Below the pieces are notes generated by a model, which saw nothing but the letters and a program-made list of their open reading frames with translations, was not told the DNA's origin and searched no databases. Both the position numbers and the translations under genes were made by a program. A stretch of DNA of 64,000 nt from Phallusia mammillata (Eukaryota). Below are positions 35,901 through 46,715 of this stretch, in pieces (position 1 is the stretch's first letter; the number at the start of each line of letters is the position of its first letter). Where the stretch lies: the NCBI GenBank assembly GCA_965637545.1, contig OZ281495.1, forward strand, positions 22,878,001 through 22,942,000. The letters run 5' to 3'.

Positions 35901-37416
35901 TTTTGTTTTACGAGATTGGTTTCAAACCAGTTACAGTATGGCTGCAGCGCGTTCAGCCATTATCCACCAGGTGTGCCCGCTACTTTTCGTTTTAACGTTG
36001 CGCGTAGCTGTTTACGGCTTGATGGTTGTTTTAGTCACTAAAAGTGCAATTGTGTCTCTATGTTGTTTGTCACCAAGCGAAATAAACCCAACTCAAGTTC
36101 ACCAGACAAAATCTACTGCATACCTCTCGCGGTGTTTTTTATTTCAGACAGCGGCCATTTTTTACCCAATTAGCCTAATGAAAAATATCCATCTGAAGCC
36201 ATCTGTCGGAGGTAAACTAAAATACGTTGCTTGTCATTGAGGCAATACAAACACCGGATTTAGAAACTGATTTGTTTGATCGATTACGAAATAAGATGCA
36301 ATTAACTCCGTATAACTCATTTTTTCTGACAAATTATAGCAATATTGGACCATACGTGTGCTCAATAATAATTAGGAGCCACATATGCTACCGTATCCTC
36401 ACCAAAAACGTGCTTTTTAAATGTAAAATATTGCTTTGCTAAGTTTGTCGACTATTTTGAGGTTCAGACTTTTTCTTGGTATTTCGTAATTCACATCTTA
36501 AAACTTTTAAAAACAGCCTTGATGTTTTCAGCGATAATTTACCTAAGTGGGTCCAATATTTTTTGACTAATTACTCACTTGACATTTTCACCACTTCCAA
36601 TATCTACAGTATAAGCTAAACTGAACAAAGCTAAATCAAATGCAATCTTATATTGACAAGAAAGTAATTTCCAGAACTATATAATATTTTTTCAAAATAC
36701 GCACAAACATATATTCACTTTCCTAGAGTTTTAATAATTTTTTTCCTCATGAGGAATTTCTTAAAGATTGGAATTCGGAAAACACTGCTTTTGGTTTGAC
36801 CTTTGTGAAACGCATTGTATTAATCCTGGTGCATTTGGACTGCTATAAAAATACGGTTCCAACATTTTTATTCATAATGTTGTACAAATGAGCTACAAAA
36901 ATATCCGATAACAACAGTTGAAAAACATGTTAATGTTAAGACCAGAACTTCAAAAAAAGCAGTATTACATTTTTAAGTAACGCATTTTAGTCTTGGCCTA
37001 CCAGAACATAAAAGTATGATATTGAAATACAGTTTGGCAAGAACTGTGACCCATATGTTTTGAACATGCACTTTTCATCGTTCTTTAGTGTTAAGTGAGG
37101 TACTAAAATGTTACCCAGAAAAGTGGGTGAGGAGGTTGTTAGGTTTCATTGGTTCTCAACCCTGGTATAATGCTGTACAGTGTTTAACTGTTCAGGAAAT
37201 GGATCAGGACAACAGTCCCCTGAGAAATGCAAAGTATTTGGAACCACCGTCCTGGGTTCGACACATTTTCTGTTGTTACTAGACATATTTTGTTCTTGCC
37301 ACATCATAGAGTCCAGTATTTTTAAATGATTCACACACAAGGACAACAATCATCATTTAGTCAAAAGCAGTTGGATGAAAAGGTAAAGAAATAAAATAAA
37401 TAAAACATTAACTCCA

Positions 37417-38415
37417 TTACTCTGTCCGCAACCTTTTGATTGCTGGGTCAGTTGGTGTTGCAGACCTCTTCATTGAAAAATCATCTAAATGCATAAAAAT
37501 ATCAGTAAGATGCACAACAAACAACCAATATAACATGAGATTAGTACACACTTTCTTTTGTGACAGTAGTGGTGATGGTGGTTGGAAAGTCTGAACTATT
37601 GCTGTTTTGACAATACATAGAATCTCTGGATTTTTCATCTTGCCAAGTTGAGGTTGAATCCATAGAACTTTCATCCAAGTCTGCAGGACTTGGTGCCGAT
37701 GATGGGGTGGATGCACTGGTGCGATCTATTTTATTAAATTGGTAAATACATCACATTCCAGTGTAAAGTATAGAAATATAAGTTTCATACTTGATGGATC
37801 AGATGAGTTCTCCAGTGACCCAGTTGTGTTTATGGGATTTGTTTTTATAGTAGAATCATTTTGTGTTTTGTCTGTATCTTTTCTCCATGTAATATCTGCT
37901 GTTACATCAGTTGTTGTTAAAAAGTATTTTTGCCATTGTTCAGGACCCAGTAATTAACAGCAAATTTAAAAGTTGCATCATTTTTGCAGAAAAATGGATT
38001 GTGGAAATATTATTTTTTCAAGTTAAGAAGGAAATTCTAATGGGAAATAATTTTTAACTACAAAACTGCTGCAAATCTAAACATGTTAAAACTGGTGTAA
38101 TGATGTTAATAGCAGTTTTTGTTCATAACTGTGATGATTAACATAACAATACCTGATTGACTGGATTCCTTTACAACTGTTTCCTTAGTTTCCATAACAG
38201 GAACCCATTTGTAAATACGAAGAGAAGAATCGGCCAATGAAACCCATTTTTTCTCCCTGTTTAACAACTTGTTTAAAATAATTTATCTAAGGTAATGTAG
38301 GGAAATCAAAACTAACAAACCATTTTCTGACTTTTTCCAAAACTGTCATTGCCCGTTTGATATCATCCTTTGCCCTACTTCTTGTTTCAGCCCGAGACGA
38401 GCGACTTGAAGACAT
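37417..38415 (-). CDS. BCL7: BCL7 family protein (BAF/SWI-SNF subunit)
   Basis: Exons 38321-38415, 38153-38256, 37791-37895 (or 37898, NAGNAG), 37552-37725, 37417-37484. N-terminus [52 protein letters not shown] is the diagnostic BCL7 motif; basic C-terminus PAIKRLRTE*. Confidence 0.93.
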
Positions 38416-38529
38416 TTTTATATGTATTGCTTTTGCAAATAGTACTACTATTATAGTAGAATGAAGAATAGAATTACAGGATCAACAAACTTCTGTACAT
38501 TTTTCTGAAACAGCCACAAACAAAAGGCT

Positions 38530-38630
38530 TTGCCGGCAGATGCTGTCGCGTGTCGCGCAACATGCGCAGGTCATGTCGCGCACGGTTGTCGCTAGACGTA
38601 ACATGCGCATTGCGCAGGTCATGTCATTTG
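38530..38630 (-). promoter_or_regulatory. Probable BCL7 promoter with duplicated TGCGCA-rich (NRF1-like) elements
   Basis: Local GC/CpG-rich patch 120-210 nt upstream of the BCL7 ATG, with two copies of TGCGCAGGTCATGTC, each preceded by ACATGCGCA or an overlapping form of it. Confidence 0.45.
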
Positions 38631-38754
38631 TTTTGGTAAATTATCACTAACATGAAACGAACTTAGCGTTCTCTGTACATAACACCAACTCGTTATTATG
38701 TTCACGTTTTTGTTTGGAACAGTACACTTAAGAGTGTTTTGGAAAGACATAAAT

Positions 38755-38820
38755 TAGTGTTTCTCAACCTCCAATCGCGTCCCCAATAGGGTCGACATTC
38801 AGTTTTAAGAGGGTCGCGAA
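38755..38820. mobile_element. Left-end fragment of a Charlie-like hAT MITE
   Basis: TAGTGTTTCTCAACC...GGGTCGCG, similar to the ends of 40912-41571; no right end found. Confidence 0.4.
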
Positions 38821-38973
38821 GGTTCATTACGACTTGACGTAAGAAAACATTCATGCCTTCGTTCAGCCGAGACTTATTTTACATTCTTATGACAAGAATT
38901 TTCAAAGAATCAATAAAGAAACAACGTTCTTACTTTTGGAGGAAATCCATCAACCTACGAAGAGAGATATAGC

Positions 38974-39352
38974 CAGGGTTGCCATCGACTTGAAACCAAA
39001 AATAAGGACAACCGAAAAATTAAATTTCATACGAAACAAAACAAACGTTTTTGAACAAATCTTTGCATTTATACGATCCGTGGCATATCATATGCAATAT
39101 TTGGGCAGAAACAATCAGTTTCAGTCACTTTTTGTTCGTAGAAAATACTTCGTGCATCGCACAACAGCTCAGGTCTAGGTTTACTTTCATTTGTAGCAGG
39201 AATTTAACCGGTAATTGTTGAAAATAAGACAAAAGAAGGACTCAGGTCAAAAATAAGGACAAATCTTAGAAATAAGGACAATAAACTTTTCTAAGACAGA
39301 GCCTTTCAAAATAAGGACAAATCTTAGAAATAAGGACGGTATGGCAACCCTG
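38974..39352. mobile_element. hAT-type MITE, 379 bp
   Basis: TIR CAGGGTTGCCA...TGGCAACCCTG; perfect 8-bp TSD GATATAGC (38966-38973 and 39353-39360); subterminal AAATAAGGAC repeats. Confidence 0.92.
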
Positions 39353-39829
39353 GATATAGCCATTAAAACTGACGACGACATGGTTGAATTCAAAAGTTTT
39401 ACTGCCACATGGGATACTGTAAATCCTGCTTACATAGATGAAGTGAGATATATTCTTACTTAGATTTAGCATAACAGGTTATCAAAAACCCTTCGAAATC
39501 AATATTTTCTTTAAATCCTTCTGTTGCGATGAAGACTTTTGAAACGCTTTTGATTCAGGACCGATTGAAGGAATAACTTTCGCTACAATCACCAAAGTGA
39601 TTCCCAACTGGTGTTCCTTTCCTCATCAAAATCAGTCGACAAATTGTGTTCAACGATAGGTATATTTGTTGACTGATTCTGATAGCAGAAAAATCCACGT
39701 ATAATCAGTGATCGTCGACGTATGATGTCTACTCTCTGCGAGAAAAATCCTGTAATAAAAACTAAGTTACAATCTTGTCTATTTTTTTTTATACTCGGTG
39801 ACCTTGTTTCAATCCTTTAGGTTCCACTC

Positions 39830-39930
39830 GGTTGGACAAAGTTTCTTGCTCAAGGAAATACCGAAACGTAATTCAAGTTAAATCCAGACCTTGTTAACAC
39901 AAGGCGGTTTCACTAACCACTCGGCCCTGC
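39830..39930 (-). mobile_element. Degenerate tRNA-derived SINE fragment
   Basis: The minus strand shows an A-box-like GGCCGAGTGGTTAG followed by CCTTGAGCAAGAAACTT, a motif typical of deuterostome SINE cores; the B-box is degraded. Confidence 0.4.
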
Positions 39931-40911
39931 CTGATATCAAATTGTAAATTGGGATTGTATACGTGTATTAAAAATTGTCGAACGGTCAAAAGCATACAGG
40001 CGCCAAACACGGATCCATTTGGACCAAGGTGGGCCGTGAGTTCTATGCTTTTCAAAAAATATTCTGACCGATAAGAACCATGTAACGAACAGAATTAATT
40101 TTGTCACAAATGAGTTGTTAGAAGTTATATCACTTTTAAGACGTCGTTGGGCAACATTGGAATTCAAGCAGTGTAGGGTGGTGAAAAAGTACAGCAGTGT
40201 TTTGCGAAGAGCGGTACAGGCACTGCTAGCGCCTCCAAACCGGGTGTTACGCCAGCCACATAATAAACAAGTTTAGTATTTGAAAACTGAATTATGCGAA
40301 TACAGTCCAACATTTGTTCTAAGTGGCTCCACCGGGGCCATAGAATAGATTATATGGTGACTCTGCCTCCACCGAAAGAACAACAACTGACTACAGTTTC
40401 AACCAAAAAGTACTACTACGTTAAATAGGCGACGCGCTGTAAACAAAATTACATTGAATGTAAGAATCACTTGAATAATGATTTGACTGTCCAAATGAGT
40501 GGATTACTAATTTAAGTTAATTTATGCTTTCCGTAGTAAAAATAGTTTTAACCACCCTTTCGAATCACGAATGTAAGACGATGAAAGTCGTATCAAGAGT
40601 AGCCTAGGCTATGGGCCACTCAGGCGTAATGTCTAATGTGGCACAGCATTCACATGGAAAAACTGAAACCATATTTTCTGTTTGTTTATGATGTCTTTAG
40701 AAACGTCTTCCAAGAGCTAAACTGTAACAGTTGTAGACTAAACACGTATTTACCTCGCAAGCTATGCGAACTTTAGTAAGTGCACAAGACTGAAGCGCCT
40801 TGGCAAATTTCCCAATTTACTTAAAATGATGTGCTGTCTACGAAAGTCCGTCTCACACCATGTTTACAATTCACATGTGAGTGTAAATATGTAGCCTGTA
40901 GTTAGCTTTAG

Positions 40912-41571
40912 CAGTGTTTCCAAACCTATGGGTCGCGACCCAAAGTTGGGTTGCTTGTTTCTGTGACAATAATAGGATTTACTATTTGATTACGTTTCGT
41001 AGCTTTATTTTTCCCCAAGGATTTATATCAGGGTTCTTCAGCGGGGGCGATCCACCGAAGGGATGTTGGTGACAGTTTTTAAATGTCGGGGCGATCTCAA
41101 CATTACTGATTGTAAATATATAAACTTGTCAAAACGGTGAAACTCCGCTAACTTGATCCGACAAGCAGATTTTTTTCGTTTTGTGAAGGGGCACATTAGC
41201 TTAAACATGCTGGTCTTTGAATATATTGTGTTCACTGGCAATTATTTGTGCTTTGTCACAGAAAAACTTTGTTTAATCTATGTAACAAGCCTTCCCTTAA
41301 ACTTGTTCCACTTTCACACTTCCCATAGGCCTAATAGCGCTTCCCAAACTGTGAAGTATTTGTATTTCATTTGGTAAATATAGTGTAATTTGATGTTGAA
41401 TGTATAGGATTCTCCTCTATTGAGTAATGCCCCATTGTTTTCAACAAAAGAAGTGTTGTTTGCTCACAATCACAACGAAAACAGTAACGCATGTCTATGG
41501 GTCGCAGGAAACCACAAAACAAAAATTTTAGGAATTATTTGGGTCGCGTCAAAAAAGATTTGGAACCACTG
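40912..41571. mobile_element. Charlie-like hAT MITE inserted downstream of HEX copy C
   Basis: Ends CAGTGTTTCCAAACC...GGGTCGCG and GGGTCGCG...TTTGGAACCACTG; degenerate TSD AGCTTTAG/AGTTATAG; empty orthologous site at about 46441-46470 in the paralogous HEX B flank. Confidence 0.8.
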
Positions 41572-41837
41572 AGTTATAGCATTGAGGCTCAATAACACAA
41601 CTGATTACATCATATAGCAAACAGATGATGCAAAATTACAAACTGTGTGTCTTAAAATTGATAAAAAATCAGTAAGGACAATTACACATGACCGTTGTGC
41701 ATATTAAGTATGTAAGAATATTACAAAGTGCTCCATCAAGTAAAACAATTTTCCCTTTAGGATAAAGGGTTATTGCAAGGTAAATGACAGTGAAAAGCAA
41801 CGAAAATCAGTTGATATGAAAAATGTTAGGTTTCATG

Positions 41838-44800
41838 TTAAATGTTATTCCATTCATGAGTACAATACCCAGTATGAAGTGGTTCTGCAGGTATGCCCCT
41901 CCTAAACAACAATGTAGAGCATAAAATATATTGAGGAATTTTCTTACACATCCTTTGTAACTTACCGAACCATTCTGCAACGATGCTCATGAAGTCTAGG
42001 TGTAGCTTCCTCAACATCATTGACATCTTCAGCACTCCATAGACGCTCTGCTACTGCACTTGCTCTGGGCCTAAATATATAAGTTGTGTACAAAAATACA
42101 AACATTTCAAAACACAATAAATTTTAGACGAACCACAGCCTTGGAGTCACATTGGTACCATCCACATACTCTCCCCATAAACATGCTTCACCACCAATTA
42201 GTAACTGCTTTTGTGCATCAGTTCCTAAAATAAAACAGAAGTTTAGGATTTGTTTTTTCGAGAATGCTACACAGAAATATTTAAAAGTACATAACAATAG
42301 TGATTATATAATCAGACTGGTCCACTTGGGGGTTTAAGAGGTGAAAATGGACAATTCCTTTGTAAAGGTAGAACATTTTTATGAATAACTTACATTGCAC
42401 CAAACAACAAAGCATGAAACTCCTAGCTCATATACTTTAGTCAGCACAGCCGTTTAAAAAAAATACATTTTGAGGGCCTGTAAACCGCTGGGTCATTCGG
42501 GGTCAAACTTCAGGAGGATCAAAAACTAAGATCTGTGTAAAGTCGAATAAATTTAAGGCACTCTTTCTTGACCAAACGAGTACAACAAACCAGCGTTAGA
42601 GAAAAAAATACATACTAAAACAATATGTGTCCCCTTCAGAAAAGGGGACCCATAAAAAACCCACCATTAAAATTGGATGGCTCGTATAAATAATATTTAT
42701 GCCAGTCTTCTCCAGTGGAAATGCGACTGAGATACCATGGAGCAGCAAGTAAGACTCGATAACCTTTTGCTGTCACTTTGGCTAGCTCTTCATCTGGCTT
42801 GTTGTCTTTCCACACTTCAACCACTGTGTTATTTTTGATCTTTTTTAAACAAATAGATTGTATTTGACAAATAGAGTTATAAAACAAACTGTCACATGAT
42901 AATCATCATAGCAATATATTTTTAAAATATGATAAGAAATGCAACTACAACATACCTTTACTCCGTTGTCTATCACTTCTTGCCAAACAATATAGCTGTA
43001 TCCAACACTGGCAGATATGTCCAGAATTTGCTGGATGTAGACAGACTCCAGTGTTGCATAGTCACCTGTGATGTTCTGCGCTGCCATCCACTTTGTAATG
43101 TCTGGATTGGACTTCCTGCAAAATATTACATGCACATAAGCCAAAAACATCTCTTTGCAGACATTTGGTCAAAACTTACCAGCAATTAAAACTGACTTCA
43201 TCACCACCAAGATGAATGTACTGATCATGAAATACACTTTTTACTTCCGTAAACAAACCCTCAATAAAAGTGTAAGTAGAATTCACAGTTGGGTCAATTG
43301 GACCAAAAGTGCCATCTGGTTTTCCATCTGTTTTGTGGTGTTGGAATTAAAACACAACTGTGGCTTGTACAAGTTTTATTTGACATTTTTTATCAATTAA
43401 CTAGAATAGTGGTTTTCCTATATATTGTGAGTTTATATATACTACATCATATTTAACGATGTATCACATATACCATTTACTATATTTATAATGGATATAT
43501 ATTTGGCACCTACATTTCATTGGGTCCCTATTCCTGGCACTTTATAACATAATTGTTTCTGCAAGCAAAATCTAATTCGTCCCCACAGATATGCATATGC
43601 GATTTGGTAACAGTGGAAATAGGGTACAATCATTGTTAGATATTTACCAATTTACTATACACATCATTTGATCTACACATATGATTGTTTTTTCAAGCAA
43701 AAACCCATGGGTCCCCACACGCGTGTTTGTGTGGATTTATGGTAAACAAACATTCTGGTTATTTTTAGATTCTTAAGAAAAAACTTAACCAACTTTAGCC
43801 TTAACCCAACTTGAAAAGGTTTGTATTCTTTTTGCATCATTATAGTCATATAATTACAAAAAACAGTAAATAAGAACAGGAAAAATACTTTCAATTTAAT
43901 CTCATGCTTTGACCTTGACTTCAGGGAAGGGGGCCCATAATAATAGGTTGGATTGGTGTTATTTTGGTTAATGTTTCATAGAAGTAGTTCATATTGAGTT
44001 TTCTTTTCAAAGTGCATCATGAACTGTGAACCTGGCTTATATTTTACTGAATGCAGCATTTACTGTCACATGATACCAAACGTTTGCACAATAAACCTAC
44101 TGGAATAACATGGTGTCAGGAGACCGGCTTGACCTTTACCCCATGACCGGGAATGTCCTGGTGTGTCGAATTCAGGAACTACTCTGATTCCCCTCAACCG
44201 ACCAAACTCTATTACTGCAGCAACATTTTCAGGGGTGTATATGTGAGTAGATGGATTGTATGCACCCTGCAAAGGAAACTGTTATTTATGACAATTCATT
44301 TTGTTAAACTGGGTTACAAAACTTCACCTGGACAGTGAGAATTTAAAACACATTGTTACATTTTAAACACAAATAGAAGTTTGGGTGAACACAAAATGTT
44401 TGATGTTGTTTTGAACCACAATCTTCTTCCACAAAATGCCATACCTTGTTACTTAAATCAGGGTATGTTCTGCTCACAAATGGAAAAGATTGATCATCAA
44501 CTATGTGCCAATGAAACACATTAATCTTGTTGTAAGCCATTGCTTCCTTCCAATAATAAACGATAAAGACACTGACAGCATTTAAATATAAAATTACACA
44601 CAATATACCAAATTCTGTAAAATAGCTTTCATTGGTAGATAGTGCCTAGAAGTATCCAGCAAAATACCACGGTGAGCATATCTTGGAAAATCCAAGATGC
44701 TTGTTTTATTCATGAGGACCTAGAGATTTGAAAGTTTATCAATAATTATTTTGCACAGAAATTAAAAAATGACTGAGGTACAATACCTGATTGGTATCAG

Positions 44801-45538
44801 TTTGCCACAACAGTTGCGAAAATGTTTCCAATCCTGTAAAGCAATACAAATAATGATTACAAAACACAATGCAAGTTTATCATGCATACCTCGTAGAACA
44901 CCCCAAACAGATTGAGCAGTAAGTAGTGCACTATCACCAATCTCCAATGAGTCTAACAAAAGGAAGTGTGCAATGTTAAGAGCAACATATTTCTAAAAAC
45001 AAGACTTACAGCTTTCATTCATATGAAGTGAGGGATATTCTTCACAGGCAGACATAAGATTTACAGTTAAAGTTGTCAGAGATGGTACTGCTCTAGGTCT
45101 GTTAAGGGCAGGAATTCCAAATAGAGAAAACAATCAAACAAACATGTAACTTGTCCTCACCTAAATCGAAGCTTTAACTGTGATGCAGTGTCGTATATCA
45201 GCATCTCATATCGTTTAAAAGCCTCTTCTGTCAAGTCGCACTTGTAGGATGTAGAAGCATATGTGAAGGCAAACTTTTGTACTGCCACTTCGTACACCTG
45301 GAGATTGTAAAATGATGACAATCATAGAAACAATAAATACAGTATAAATGAAACTGACCATAGGTGATAATGTTTGCATTTGTGGTTTAGGCCATACACT
45401 TCCAGGGCTTGTATCGCCAAGCAGTGGTATAAGACGCCCAAGTGCAGAATAATCATCATCAGAAATTTCACTAGGTTGTCTGTTGGCATTAACAGCTAAT
45501 ACCATGACAGCCAAAAAGAATAACACATGAAACCGCAT
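41838..45538 (-). CDS. HEX: Beta-hexosaminidase (GH20, HEXA/HEXB family), tandem copy C, 14 exons, intact
   Basis: Signal peptide [18 protein letters not shown]; [29 protein letters not shown], catalytic [50 protein letters not shown]. All 14 exons traced in frame. Confidence 0.95.
42326..42655 (+). mobile_element. Helentron-associated (HINE-like) element, 5'-truncated, in HEX C intron 11
   Basis: 3' end CAATATGTG subterminal repeat, GTCCCC...GGGGAC hairpin, CCATAA; absent from the same intron of HEX B. Confidence 0.6.
43382..43944 (+). mobile_element. HINE-like element in HEX C intron 8
   Basis: Starts AACTAGAATAGTGG and ends CTTCAGGGAAGGGGGCCCATAA, matching the ends of 46992-47900; absent from HEX B intron 8. 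Confidence 0.6.
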
Positions 45539-45887
45539 TTTACACTACACTATTGATTTAACCTGAAAGCATCATTCACTGTAAAGCCACAAACCATGAT
45601 ATCCATAATATAGTTCAAGATTTAATAATGTTGTATGTGTCACAGCTAATGTAGAGACTGGGCATATATACTCAGCTTGGTCAAGCATACAATTTCCAAA
45701 AAAAACTTATAACAGTTTAATATCATATCTTTACATATACTTTTATCGAATTGATAAAAAGCGCAATTAAATTAGGCAAAGGTAAATTTCATGTCATGAC
45801 ACATTTCACATTCTCTAATCGATAGCTTCTCCTGTTGTTAAACCTCTAGATTTTCTGCTGAGGGTTTACTTGCATTGGTCTGTCATT

Positions 45888-46205
45888 TTATACCTTGCAT
45901 AAAATTCCACTGTAAATAATGAAAAAACAAAAAAACAATTGGATACTTTGTTGCAGCATTGAGCTTTGCTCCTGGTCAAACACTCCAGCCATAGCCGCTC
46001 CAATAATATGAAGGTAAACTTGTTCCTGCTCAATGGTTTTCTCCCTAACTTTTCTAACTTTAAGATGTTGGGGTTTCCCAAGTTGTTTAGGGAAGTACTT
46101 GGTTCTGTCACGAGCACATGACACTAATGATTTATGGTTCTGTGTAATGTATGTAGCATCGACATGACAATTTCGAATCTTTTTGGATTGCAGCATACAA
46201 TTCAA
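45888..46205 (-). other. Unassigned ORF in the duplicated spacer between HEX B and HEX C
   Basis: 105-aa ORF containing EQEQVYLHIIGAAMAGVFDQE; the homologous copy at about 50630-51120 has a stop and an indel. Confidence 0.3.
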
Positions 46206-46715
46206 AGCACCACCCTACCAGTTGCATATATGCATGTGTTTTATAGCATTTGACAACATTGATTTCCGGCAGTTTTAAAATGTAAGGAACACCTCAGGAA
46301 ATAGGCTATTCATGTAACCTAGCCTGCATAACAACGAAGCACAGACTATGCAGTTATTTTTTGTTTTGTAGGTTTTTAGATGCTGGATTTTGATAAGCCA
46401 GTCATGTTTTATTCTGTTTATTTGAAAAAAATATGCATTAGCCTGCAGCTAGCTATGACATTGAGGCTCAATAAAGCAACTGATTGCATCATATAGAAAA
46501 CAGGTGATGCAAAATTACAAACTATGTGTTATAAAGTTGATAAACAATCAATAAAGATTATTACACATGACTATTGTGCATATCAAGCATGTAAGATTAA
46601 TACAAAATTGCTCCATCAAGTAAAACAATTTTTCCCTTTAGGATAAGGGTTGCAACATAAATGACAGTGAAGAAACAACATAAATCAATTATTATGAAAA
46701 ATGTTAAGTTTCATG

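Noticed and set aside
34120-36442. ORFs of 60-115 aa upstream of GALP
   Set aside because: No homology cues or splice structure.
37150-37255. Short segment with hAT-like ends (GGTTCTCAACC ... TTTGGAACCAC)
   Set aside because: The ends are degenerate and no TSD is present; too weak to call.
39589-39749. Orphan minus-strand exon-like frame (GFFSQRVDIIRRRS...WESLW*) with a good acceptor
   Set aside because: No upstream partner exons were found, and it shows no homology to the inter-HEX cassette.
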